This document shows positions 17,429 to 25,967 of a DNA stretch of 49,493 nucleotides, piece by piece. A program made the position numbers and the translations under genes. Location: UHGV virus genome UHGV-1368795; one strand, given 5' to 3'. Position 1 is the stretch's first letter; the number at the start of each line of letters is the position of its first letter. The notes beneath the pieces were generated by a model. It saw only the letters and a program-made list of their open reading frames with translations. It had not been told where the DNA came from and made no database searches. The stretch comes from a virus.

Positions 17429-19282
17429 CTACTTCTTAGCCTTATACCGCTCCACTGCTGCCGCTGTGACTGGTCTCGCCACACAGCGGCAATTGCTTAC
17501 GGCAAAATTATGTGATACAAATAAACCTCTTTCCATTTGGAGATTATGCACATGGCCGCTAAATTCCCTGAAAGTCTTATCGATAATGCGTACCAATTGA
17601 TGCTTGATGGTCACAGTGTCAAAGCCGTTGGTGAAATTCTCGGCGTCGGTGCCGATGCACTCAGTAAACGAATTCGCGCCCGGGGTCTGGAAATCCCCAA
17701 AACCAAACGCACTGCGCACAATCGCCAAAATATACCGCTTGAACAGATTGTGACGCGTATCGACGCTGGTATGAGTGTCAAAGCAATTGCTGAAGAACTG
17801 AACACTTCTCGCAATGTCATCACTCGCATTCTCAACGAGTCTGGAATAAAGCAAGCCAACCGCAGCGAGGCGATGTTCATTCGGATGAGTAAAACCAGCG
17901 CTCACGAACGACAACAACTTACACGCGCTGCTCACGACGCTGTCAGGGGCAAAAGTCAAACCTTTGACCACAGATGTAAGATTGCTGTCACACGGTGCAT
18001 CAACCAAACTGAACACTTCTTCGGCCCTGGTGAGAAAGAGTTCAAAGAAATTCTTACCCAGCGTGGAATCGAATTCGTCGGGCAATACCCAGTCGAAGTC
18101 TATAACCTCGATTTCCTCGTTTGCGGAAATGTCGCCGTGGAACTCACCACCAAGTGCCCGAACAGGTTTACCACTGACCCCTATCAACTGAGCCGCATTA
18201 AAAAACTCGCTGAACACAATATTCGAACTGTGGGCGTCTTTTTCAGAGATGTTGAAAGTCTGTTGCGGAACGTAGACGATATTATCACCAACATTCAACA
18301 AGTGAGCAGCGACGAAACCTTTATCGGTAAGCACCGGGTGATTAGGTGTACATTCGATGCGTTCACCAGATTCCGTGACCAGAACGGTAAGTTCGCCGCT
18401 AAACCAATGCCTAAACGCTTTTTCAGCACCGTAGAAGACGTTCAATGGTGAGGTGCCCGGGAAACAATTTATCGGCTGACCCGGAAATGTTGGTACACCA
18501 TCGACGACCGGTAAATCGTCCCAGCTGAATACACCTTCACCGAATCCCACATCACGTTTGGCGACCTCCACATGGCTATGACGTACCCGCTCATCCTGTG
18601 ATGTGGTCCATTTAAAGTAAGTTATTCCAGAATTAACCTGACGAATACGGTTCATGTCACCCTGTATTTTACTGGTCTGGTCCCGAGCAATAAGTTTGGC
18701 GCGACGTTCCGTGATACCGAATTGTTTAACGAGCGCTTCCTCGATGTAACTGGGGCGCATACCGTTACGCATGTTGGTCATGACAATGTTCTGCACCTGC
18801 TCCAGATACTGAGCCGGAATAGACTGAATGAGTTTAGCGTTCTGATACGATGCAGCGCTGAGATATTCCTGCAGCTGTGTATCACCGCCGTACAGATTGA
18901 TAGCGAATGAGCGGGCGTTATCCTTTGCCGCAGTCTGTACAAACTGTGACGCGATGGTTTCGGCCTGACGACGAGCAAACGCGCCAAGCCACCGTGTGAG
19001 CAACTGGTTAATCGCCGAGGTGATAGTGTCACTCCATCCATCACACCAAACGATGTTACCGACATAGTGAGATGGTTCGTGGTTGTGAATTTCCCTACCT
19101 TCTTCATCCACACAGAAATCATGATATCCCGCCACGTGTCGTTCTACATACTCTGCGTCCTGCGCATACTCTGGCGCAAGCTGTTTCACCAGTGGCACGA
19201 TGTTAGCATCCACATCCTCACGAACAAGCTGTGCAACCTGTTTCAGCTGGCGATAATAATTTAATTCTGTTTGTCGTGACAT
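17429..19282 (-). CDS. Mu F-like head morphogenesis protein interrupted by an intein
   Basis: Residues 1-272 carry the Phage_Mu_F motif (WTTSQDERVRHSHVEVAKRDVGFGEG). The extein junction PGQPIN | CRCVARP... restores the conserved NCRC motif of this family. The insert carries intein blocks A (CFPGTSPL), B (TPNHPVLTDKGFVAAHLLNVGD) and F (GLFVSHNFAVSN), followed by a +1 Cys. Confidence 0.7.
   Translation of the reverse strand: MSRQTELNYYRQLKQVAQLVREDVDANIVPLVKQLAPEYAQDAEYVERHVAGYHDFCVDEEGREIHNHEPSHYVGNIVWCDGWSDTITSAINQLLTRWLGAFARRQAETIASQFVQTAAKDNARSFAINLYGGDTQLQEYLSAASYQNAKLIQSIPAQYLEQVQNIVMTNMRNGMRPSYIEEALVKQFGITERRAKLIARDQTSKIQGDMNRIRQVNSGITYFKWTTSQDERVRHSHVEVAKRDVGFGEGVFSWDDLPVVDGVPTFPGQPINCFPGTSPLNVFYGAEKAFRHWFSGELTVLVTESGERIECTPNHPVLTDKGFVAAHLLNVGDNIVYVPQQTFNISEKDAHSSNIVFSEFFNAAQLIGVSGKPVRALGGEFHGDISANEEIEVIDFDWVLPDEFDSTLGKNFFELFLTRAEEVFSLVDAPCDSNLTSVVKGLTFAPDSVVSSACKLLSFVSAGFTHPNEHRLAAVGLLYSRLVENASDDIARSVQFFSNCFDTHTSVDTRHNLFKRYILAIVRSAFGFGDFQTPGANSFTECIGTDAENFTNGFDTVTIKHQLVRIIDKTFREFSGHVHNLQMERGLFVSHNFAVSNCRCVARPVTAAAVERYKAKK
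17492..18466 (-). other. intein (325 aa) within head morphogenesis gene
   Basis: Starts at Cys codon 18464-18466 and ends ...AVSN at 17492-17494, with the +1 Cys at 17489-17491. The central 220 aa have no LAGLIDADG or HNH motif and are the exact codon-aligned antisense of the plus-strand HEG gene. Confidence 0.6.
17552..18451 (+). CDS. HTH + Vsr/DUF559-like (PD-(D/E)XK) homing endonuclease-like protein, encoded antisense inside the intein
   Basis: TGGAGA RBS 8 nt before ATG 17552. Two HTH motifs (SVKAVGEILGVGADALSKRIRARG and SVKAIAEELNTSRNVITRILNESG). GIEFVGQYPVEVYNLDFLVCGNVAVELTT aligns to the DUF559/Vsr core GFKFRRQHPIGNYIVDFYC...LVIELDG. Confidence 0.6.
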   Translation: MAAKFPESLIDNAYQLMLDGHSVKAVGEILGVGADALSKRIRARGLEIPKTKRTAHNRQNIPLEQIVTRIDAGMSVKAIAEELNTSRNVITRILNESGIKQANRSEAMFIRMSKTSAHERQQLTRAAHDAVRGKSQTFDHRCKIAVTRCINQTEHFFGPGEKEFKEILTQRGIEFVGQYPVEVYNLDFLVCGNVAVELTTKCPNRFTTDPYQLSRIKKLAEHNIRTVGVFFRDVESLLRNVDDIITNIQQVSSDETFIGKHRVIRCTFDAFTRFRDQNGKFAAKPMPKRFFSTVEDVQW

Positions 19283-19284
19283 GC

Positions 19285-19313
19285 TTGACGGCCTCGTCAG
19301 TATGGTGTAGAGT
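19285..19313 (+). promoter_or_regulatory. promoter TTGACGGCCTCGTCAG-N-TAGAGT
   Basis: Lies directly upstream of islet 19351-20206. It overlaps the start codon of the minus-strand head morphogenesis gene. Confidence 0.55.
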
Positions 19314-19350
19314 GTACGTGTTAGTTAAATATTATCACAGGAGAAGAGAG

Positions 19351-19656
19351 ATGACACAGTTTAAAGGTACACCCGGTCCGTGGGAAATCAAGCCGGAAGA
19401 AGTTGACAGACCGTATATTCGAATTCGCGGAACACAATGTGGCGGACGATTCAAAGTTGCAAACGTTTTGTCCCCCGATTACGACGGCGTTCATCATCGT
19501 GAAGCCGACGAAACTCGCGCAAATGCACGTCTCATTGCTGCCGCTCCGGAACTGCTGGAGGCGTTGCAATTAATGCTGGATTCTCAAGTATTACCGGTTT
19601 GGCATCAATCAATTGCCCGCGCAGCCATCAACAAAGCAACAGGAGAGACAAAATGA
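19351..19656 (+). CDS. hypothetical protein with NARLIAAAPELLEALQ motif
   Basis: AGGAGAAGAGAG RBS. The core motif is shared with gene 35641-35904. Confidence 0.5.
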   Translation: MTQFKGTPGPWEIKPEEVDRPYIRIRGTQCGGRFKVANVLSPDYDGVHHREADETRANARLIAAAPELLEALQLMLDSQVLPVWHQSIARAAINKATGETK

Positions 19657-19988
19657 CATTACTTGAACTATTGCGTCAGGAATTACCAGAGCGTGGCGGT
19701 TGGCCGAAGGGTGTGGCGGCAATGGCGCAAGACGCCGACGGCGCGGTACAAAATTATATCGATACCCACGACATCAGAATAAACTATGAATTCGCGCAAG
19801 GTAATTCAAGAATTGCTTACAGCTATAGTATTGACTCAGGCGAATGCGAAGTTTCAACCGACAGATTAACCGCCATTGTCACACGTGAACAATACGAAGC
19901 GGAATGCGCGATTGATGAAATGGTTCGGTTGTCAGGCGTGTCAATCGGTGCGGCTAAGATTCTGTATGATGCGGGGTATCGGAAATGA
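19653..19988 (+). CDS. hypothetical protein
   Basis: 111 aa, ATGA coupled. Confidence 0.45.
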   Translation: MTLLELLRQELPERGGWPKGVAAMAQDADGAVQNYIDTHDIRINYEFAQGNSRIAYSYSIDSGECEVSTDRLTAIVTREQYEAECAIDEMVRLSGVSIGAAKILYDAGYRK

Positions 19989-20206
19989 AACGTTGTTCAG
20001 TGTTTTGTTACTATGAGGGGATGGATGGCATTGGGCGAAGTATCTGCAGCGGCAATCACACTTGTGATATCGAATATGAATTTTTTGTGAGTGCACCAGA
20101 GTATGTCAAAAATACTACCGACTATCTGATGAACGAATTAAAACCGACTTACGCTAATCTTGCGCGGGTGGTTTTAAAGCAAGTGACAATCTTTCCCGGT
20201 GACTAA
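19985..20206 (+). CDS. hypothetical Cys-rich small protein
   Basis: 73 aa, ATGA coupled, followed by a hairpin terminator. Confidence 0.4.
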   Translation: MKRCSVFCYYEGMDGIGRSICSGNHTCDIEYEFFVSAPEYVKNTTDYLMNELKPTYANLARVVLKQVTIFPGD

Positions 20207-20210
20207 CCAA

Positions 20211-20236
20211 ACTGGCCCGTTACTGGGCCAGTTTTG
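20211..20236 (+). terminator. rho-independent terminator (ACTGGCCC-loop-GGGCCAGT-TTTTG)
   Basis: 8-bp stem and T-run. It overlaps the 3' end of the convergent portal gene. Confidence 0.55.
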
Positions 20237-21614
20237 CCATTATCTCATCGTGCGACAGTCCGTCAGCCACGTATCCGTTATAGCGTATCCAGAATGCGTC
20301 CGTGGTCTGCTCGTCAGGCTCCGGGCGCTGCACAGTGGACATCTCTTTCTCAGTCTCTGACTGCTCATCAATCTGACCGTCTTCAAACTGATACTCTTCA
20401 GCGGCTTCCAGATTGCGTTGCACCTGTGACACGGTGATAACACCTTCTGCGAGGTACAACATGTCCTTATCGGCACGGGTTTTAGCAGCTTGTGCAATCT
20501 GTAGCTCATTAGGCTGTGCGAGTGGATTCCAAACATAGTTAAAGTCGTCAGGCCAGTAATCCAGTGCGCTACGTACCAACACCTCATCAAGCTGGCGCAA
20601 CCCCGGGTCAACCTGTGTCAGCTGTTTGGAGCGGATGGAGTTGTTGTAGTTGTTCATGTCCCCTTCACCAGTGGCATTCATACCCTTAGCGGAGGTACCG
20701 AACAGGCGCGTAACAGGAATGTCAGCCGCACCACTAATCCACGTCATGAACGTCTCAAGCACTGGTGCAACACCGCCCAGGTCGAGCATCTTACGTTCAT
20801 ACGATTCGTCACCATCCAGCAGGGCCATCTGCACCAGCGACTTCATCTGGCTGAACAGGGTGTAACGTGACACAATTGCGTCGTCCTGGTCACTGGCTAA
20901 CTCATCGGACAGCCCCTCACGCTTGACCACATCAACGTTAGCTTCCTGCATCAGTTCCGCGATGCCGTCCTTCGATGCAACCATGTCCATGATATCGTCG
21001 AGGCACACGCGTAACTCACTGTCACCCCATCCCTGAGTCTGGACCATCTGGCGACGAGGGATACGCTTACCACTGAAACGCGCAAAATGGGTCCAGTGGA
21101 TTTGCTGCCCGCCGCCGGTAATGGTGTAATACTCCGGCATCATGTAGTTTGGTGCCAGAATGTCCCAGGTGTTCAGGGTGAGCGGTGACATGTCGTGACG
21201 GTCAAACACGATGCAACGTTTCAAATCACCCTTACGAATACGGCGCACGTCGAGCGGCTTTGACAGGTCCTGACCGGTCAGCATGAGAATGCCGCCGCCG
21301 CCGTACAGACGCGCCCATGTGATAGCCTCCTGCACACTGGCAGGTATCATCAGACGGTCCTCTTCGATGCGGATGTCATCTGCTTCCTTGCACTTGATGG
21401 TGCGCCACTCACGGCACATATCTTCGGCGGGTATTTCCACAATCTGACGAGCCAGCCAGTTAGTCTGGTAAGCCGCGTCAAGTTGTTGCCAGTTGGACAG
21501 CGCAGCATACTGGAACATATTGTGAGAGCGTTTCGCTTTCCATGTTCCGAGACCAGACACGACGTTTACCAGCCCGTCGGTGGTGTGAAGGTTTGTTTTA
21601 GCAGCCTTAGCCAT
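20220..21614 (-). CDS. portal protein
   Basis: 464 aa between the large terminase and head morphogenesis genes. The N-terminal TTDGLVNVVSGLGT... pattern looks portal-like. Confidence 0.6.
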   Translation of the reverse strand: MAKAAKTNLHTTDGLVNVVSGLGTWKAKRSHNMFQYAALSNWQQLDAAYQTNWLARQIVEIPAEDMCREWRTIKCKEADDIRIEEDRLMIPASVQEAITWARLYGGGGILMLTGQDLSKPLDVRRIRKGDLKRCIVFDRHDMSPLTLNTWDILAPNYMMPEYYTITGGGQQIHWTHFARFSGKRIPRRQMVQTQGWGDSELRVCLDDIMDMVASKDGIAELMQEANVDVVKREGLSDELASDQDDAIVSRYTLFSQMKSLVQMALLDGDESYERKMLDLGGVAPVLETFMTWISGAADIPVTRLFGTSAKGMNATGEGDMNNYNNSIRSKQLTQVDPGLRQLDEVLVRSALDYWPDDFNYVWNPLAQPNELQIAQAAKTRADKDMLYLAEGVITVSQVQRNLEAAEEYQFEDGQIDEQSETEKEMSTVQRPEPDEQTTDAFWIRYNGYVADGLSHDEIMAKLAQ

Positions 21615-21616
21615 GT

Positions 21617-23065
21617 TTATAAAATCTCCGAAACGGTTGCTTTGCCATTGTGGAGCATTTGACTAATTGCATCACACATTGGGTCAATCTGGTCATCGTG
21701 AGCGTGTGTGTCATCAGCGGTAAACGCTTCACACTCCGTAACGAAGTCATGAACCCATGGGGCATCTTCAGGTATCTTAACATATCCTGACTCAATGTAA
21801 CCCTGTACGTCCATCACGCGGGTTAATTTATTTGCCGCCGGTCCACGTGGTATCTCCCGCACAGGTATCACGGGTTTAATTTTGCGGCGAATCTTCTGGA
21901 TAAGTTCTGTACCGGATGATTTATCTTCGACAGCCATGTAACGCAAACGACCGTTTTTGTCATTGCGGTGTTTGTTCCAGAAGTCAGGGATTTTTACCTC
22001 AAGCTCATACGCTTCGAACTTGTCACGCATGATATCGAGGAGATACAGATATCCATCCTCACCGAGTCCCCACAGTTCAGCAACCTGATAGTCGTTGCGT
22101 TGTTTGGCTTTCTGCGCTGTATCGATAAATACCGCACGATATTTGAGAGGCGGTATAACGGTGTAACGTCCGAACCATGCCCCCTTCAGAATGCCGCCAC
22201 CGAGCGGTGAGGGACGTTGTTGCATCTGACCGGAGAACATATGCGTATTTTTCTTCCGCATTGCCCTGAGCGCATCCATGGAATGCTTCTGAGGCCACAA
22301 TGGGCGTTCAGTCGGTAAACCCTCGTCAACGATGGCAGGGAGTACCAGATGACGGAATTTATATTCCTCGTCCTTCAGCAGCGTGCCGCAGAAATCTTCC
22401 TCGTGAAGTCGCTGCATGATGACGATGCACGGTGTTTTCGTGGAGTTGAAACGCGATTTGATGGTTTCATCCCATCGACGGTTAACACCGTTACGTTTCG
22501 GGTCTGAATACGCGTCATCCGGTTTTAACGGGTCATCGATGATAATCGCACCGCCGAAGCCGTTACCGTTCTCAAAGTCGTCCAGTTTACCCGCACCGAA
22601 ACCAGTGATAGGACCGCCCGCAGCCGTTGCATAGAACACGCCGCCTTGTTCGGTCCCCCACGCTTTCTTCGAATCCTTGTTCGCTTTGATGGTCACATGG
22701 GGCCACAGTTTCTGGAACTCTTCGGACTTCAAAACTGATTTGATTGATTCGGAGTTATCCAGCGCGAGAATATCAGCATAGGACAGATGAATAAATTCAC
22801 ACTTGGGGTTTTTAACGTAGCACCAAGCGGAAAATAATTTAACAGCCAGTTCAGTCTTGGAATAACGAGGCGGCATGTTAATTATTAAATGAGTGGTGCG
22901 ACCGTAAAATACATCCATCAACGCATCACAAATTACATGATGATGGTCACTGAATACAAATTTAGTCCCTTTTAAAACTTTGAAGAAGAAGCGAGCAAAT
23001 AAAGTGAAATCTTCCTCAAGTGCGAGGCGCAATAATTTTAATTCTTTTGGGGAATCAAAATTCAT
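21617..23065 (-). CDS. terL: terminase large subunit
   Basis: 482 aa with an N-terminal ATPase region (LIINMPPRYSKTE Walker-type) and a C-terminal nuclease-like region. It overlaps the small terminase gene. Confidence 0.7.
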   Translation of the reverse strand: MNFDSPKELKLLRLALEEDFTLFARFFFKVLKGTKFVFSDHHHVICDALMDVFYGRTTHLIINMPPRYSKTELAVKLFSAWCYVKNPKCEFIHLSYADILALDNSESIKSVLKSEEFQKLWPHVTIKANKDSKKAWGTEQGGVFYATAAGGPITGFGAGKLDDFENGNGFGGAIIIDDPLKPDDAYSDPKRNGVNRRWDETIKSRFNSTKTPCIVIMQRLHEEDFCGTLLKDEEYKFRHLVLPAIVDEGLPTERPLWPQKHSMDALRAMRKKNTHMFSGQMQQRPSPLGGGILKGAWFGRYTVIPPLKYRAVFIDTAQKAKQRNDYQVAELWGLGEDGYLYLLDIMRDKFEAYELEVKIPDFWNKHRNDKNGRLRYMAVEDKSSGTELIQKIRRKIKPVIPVREIPRGPAANKLTRVMDVQGYIESGYVKIPEDAPWVHDFVTECEAFTADDTHAHDDQIDPMCDAISQMLHNGKATVSEIL

Positions 23066-23510
23066 CGTTGAACACCTTTTTAAATACTTTCACATCTTCA
23101 GCAGTGATATTGATATTTGTATTCGTATTATCCAGACCACCGGATAACTGAACCAGTTGCTTATCCAGTCCCATCAGTTTCGCTTTACCGAGCACTGCTG
23201 CCACAGCTGCGGATGATTGCGGCGTCTCGGCAGACAGCGCAACGTTTTTAATTTCTTCCAGTTCCGCAACGAGTGAATCAACTGTCACATTGTGGCGCTT
23301 TTGATGAACTTCACGCAACTGTTGCAACCTCACCGTGATATTACTCTTGTTCAACATCTCGGAAGCACGTGCTGCAATTGTATTCGCGCCCATGTTCTTA
23401 GCGTTATAAGCCTGACGATAAGCCTCAGACGCGTTCCCCGTCTCAACGAAGACGCGGCAGAATTTCTCCTGCTGTTCGGTAACGCCGAATTCGTTAAGTG
23501 GTCTTGCCAT
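23055..23510 (-). CDS. terS: terminase small subunit
   Basis: 151 aa. The N-terminal HTH-like EQQEKFCRVFVETGNASEAYRQAY is typical of TerS. Directly upstream of terL. Confidence 0.6.
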   Translation of the reverse strand: MARPLNEFGVTEQQEKFCRVFVETGNASEAYRQAYNAKNMGANTIAARASEMLNKSNITVRLQQLREVHQKRHNVTVDSLVAELEEIKNVALSAETPQSSAAVAAVLGKAKLMGLDKQLVQLSGGLDNTNTNINITAEDVKVFKKVFNDEF

Positions 23511-23685
23511 GTTGATTAACCCTCACCGAATCCCACTTCAAACTGGATGCGCAGCGTTTTAACTCGTTCCACGCATTTTTCCATTTCATCCAGCAAACGA
23601 AAAACTTCCACCCAATTCGTTGTCATACCCGCCCCCACGCTATTGTCTCTAATGCCACGATTTTACCATGACTGTACCGTCATTG

Positions 23686-23815
23686 CCACATACCCCGTTA
23701 AAACTCGTTCGGGGTACTTCAATGGGGTATCAAAAACTCTTTACCTTTCAGTACTATACTACTTATTACCCTTATACCCTTATAAAATAGTAATTAGTAT
23801 AGTAGTAAGGTAACA
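23686..23815. promoter_or_regulatory. regulatory module B (copy of module A)
   Basis: See module A. It contains the identical 16-mer GGGGTATCAAAAACTC and the 12-mer CCACATACCCCG, and sits in the divergent region between terS and the Zn-ribbon gene. Confidence 0.6.
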
Positions 23816-24026
23816 AGTATATGAATAAGTATATATTAATTCGTATAACAGTAATAATGAGTAGCTATAAAATCAGAAATGACACAGGTATTTTCAAAAT
23901 CGCTCCAAACCCAGTAACCACGCGGCTTCCAGCGTACCCTGATGCCCGGGGTATTTTGTGGTATTGACTTACTTATGTATGTAGTATTACAATGTATGCT
24001 TCATTAACATAATAAAAGGTATACAT

Positions 24027-24599
24027 ATGATTCACTACAGAGAAAATTGTAATTGTAAAACTGTCCATCTTCCGACAGGTATCTGCACAGAATGCGCACA
24101 TCACAATCATCATGCGTTTGTACTGCACGCCAAAAACGGAACAGATTCGGCAGATGAAACAGAACAAAAAGTGCTCACTCGACTGAGAACGGACCCGAGC
24201 GTCAAATTCAGAATAGGTTCCAAACGCCACGCATCATGTGGACATCCTGGGGTATGGCAAGGTTCGGTTTGTGCAATTTGCGCACAGAAACGCAGGGATG
24301 AGCGAGCGTCAAAACCCGTGAGTACTGCAAACACGGAAGCCACCGCATTGCGTGAAAACATCGCAATGATTGAGCACAACATTTCCGTTTTGAATGAGCA
24401 GTTACAGATGATGAAAAACGCCCTGTTACTGAGTGAATCAGGAATTCGCGTTGGTGTCATTAAAATCAAATCACCGCGCCAGCAGGCCATCGCCAATGGC
24501 AAACGCTGGTACATTCCATACGAGCCTTGCAAGCACTGTAACACTATTGCAGAACGCTATGTAGCGAATGGTCGCTGTCGTAATTGCGGCGGCCAATAA
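24027..24599 (+). CDS. Zn-ribbon DNA-binding protein (putative regulator)
   Basis: Three CxxC-type pairs. The C-terminal CKHCNTIAERYVANGRCRNCGG is paralogous to the C-terminus of the 10283-10921 protein. A strong terminator follows. Confidence 0.5.
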   Translation: MIHYRENCNCKTVHLPTGICTECAHHNHHAFVLHAKNGTDSADETEQKVLTRLRTDPSVKFRIGSKRHASCGHPGVWQGSVCAICAQKRRDERASKPVSTANTEATALRENIAMIEHNISVLNEQLQMMKNALLLSESGIRVGVIKIKSPRQQAIANGKRWYIPYEPCKHCNTIAERYVANGRCRNCGGQ

Positions 24600-24603
24600 A
24601 AAA

Positions 24604-24634
24604 CAAAGCCCGCTAAATGCGGGCCTTTTATTTA
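24604..24634 (+). terminator. rho-independent terminator (GCCCGC-TAAAT-GCGGGC-CTTTTATTT)
   Basis: Canonical hairpin plus T-tract. Confidence 0.7.
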
Positions 24635-24792
24635 CCTGATTAACTGTATTCCATATTTCCCTATTCTGAATTCCTTCTTCCTTCCGGTCCTCACACTGAA
24701 TAGTGGCGGGTGAATAGACCGGTCAATAATTAAAATCCCTTTACCGAACACGCGAAACCAGATACAACCCGCATCGAAATTATAAATAATCA

Positions 24793-25089
24793 TTACACTT
24801 TGCTCCGGCTTTTAACTAACTGGTCAATAACGACCGTGAAGAACTGGTTGCATCCGACATTCGGGTAATCAATGCCGAACTTGTAACCTTTAATGATAAG
24901 GTCAGTCACTGCGGGATTGCCGCCCGGGTTGGCCTGTTTAATAATTTCCTGTACACCCACCTGTGCACGTTGAGCGCTACATCCGTTAAAGAGCAGGTTA
25001 GCAACCTGTGATTCATTTGTCTCAGCAGTAACAGCTGCATTAGCAGTACCGCACAGCATCAGACAGAACAGTAATTTACGCATTTTCAT
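24793..25089 (-). CDS. secreted/periplasmic small protein
   Basis: The start MKMRKLLFCLMLCGTANA is a signal peptide, with a TGGAGAT RBS. Two Cys residues in the mature part. Confidence 0.45.
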   Translation of the reverse strand: MKMRKLLFCLMLCGTANAAVTAETNESQVANLLFNGCSAQRAQVGVQEIIKQANPGGNPAVTDLIIKGYKFGIDYPNVGCNQFFTVVIDQLVKSRSKV

Positions 25090-25375
25090 ATCTCCAGGTA
25101 TGCACACCTGCGCATTTGAGCGCGTGCGCCATAATTTCATCATTGACAACCGCAAACATTAGTTTCGTGGCGTCGAGCGTAATGTGACAACCGGCTAACA
25201 GATCATCGAATGTCACATCGTGTTTACGTAACCATTCATACGCATCACGTGGACCGGTCACCAGTACATCATGACCCGCACAGTACAGCGCCCTTGCGAG
25301 CGCAATATTGTCCTTAATTGGTTCACCCTGCGCATCCCGCAGTACACCGTCCAGGGCGAACAATACGGACTTCAT
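25076..25375 (-). CDS. hypothetical protein
   Basis: 99-aa ORF in the early leftward operon. Confidence 0.4.
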   Translation of the reverse strand: MKSVLFALDGVLRDAQGEPIKDNIALARALYCAGHDVLVTGPRDAYEWLRKHDVTFDDLLAGCHITLDATKLMFAVVNDEIMAHALKCAGVHTWRYENA

Positions 25376-25812
25376 TTGGTACTCTCGCGCAGTTGCTGGG
25401 CAAAAAGCTCAGCGCTTTCGGCTACCTTCAGCAAGGATGAGTGACCTTCTTTACAGGCCCATTCCTCTGTAATGGCGCGCTGGTATGCTGCGAACTCCTC
25501 CACCCCATCAGCCTTAATCCCGGCTACGATGCGATCGGTGGCGAGGGTTTCGATTTCAGGCTTGGCGTAAACAGGCCACGAATCACTGCCGTCATCGTTT
25601 TTCTCTCCCGGCTGCTCATGCACTGCAAGATACTCACCACCGCGATCTGGCTCTTGATATGTCGGCGGAATCGAATGGCAGGACAACCATGCATCTGGTT
25701 TGTTGAATGCTGCCTTCAGCGCCACATTATCCGCAGCCAGTTCGGCGATGCGCGCCTCAGCCGCTAACATGCGCTCCATCAGCTGGCAATAACTTAGTGC
25801 TTCCATATCCAC
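25372..25812 (-). CDS. hypothetical acidic protein
   Basis: 146 aa, ATGA coupled. Confidence 0.4.
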   Translation of the reverse strand: MDMEALSYCQLMERMLAAEARIAELAADNVALKAAFNKPDAWLSCHSIPPTYQEPDRGGEYLAVHEQPGEKNDDGSDSWPVYAKPEIETLATDRIVAGIKADGVEEFAAYQRAITEEWACKEGHSSLLKVAESAELFAQQLRESTK

Positions 25813-25967
25813 TGTTCCCGTACTTTACCTTCAACAATGAGACGAGTGACACACAGTCCGTCCCGGTCAGCCTGTGCACGCATGCGTGACAGTGTGTTCA
25901 GCGCCTGAACCTCGGTCATATTACCCAGCAGGTCAGACAATTTGTGATGACTGATAATGTTTTTCAT
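25794..25967 (-). CDS. hypothetical small protein
   Basis: The start MKNIISHH has an AGAGG RBS. Another basic ORF of about 50 aa (approx 25976-26128) precedes it. Confidence 0.35.
   Translation of the reverse strand: MKNIISHHKLSDLLGNMTEVQALNTLSRMRAQADRDGLCVTRLIVEGKVREQWIWKH

Noticed and set aside
17429-17536. Possibility that the minus ORF downstream of residue 272 is merely an open antisense frame of the HEG
   Set aside because: Intein block B, block F, the +1 Cys and restoration of the family-conserved NCRC junction are too specific for chance. The central 220 aa are acknowledged as probably constrained mainly by the opposite strand.
25076-25375. HAD-phosphatase-like FALDGVL motif in the 99-aa protein
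   Set aside because: There is only a single Asp instead of the DxD motif, and the protein is too short for a HAD fold. No call was made.
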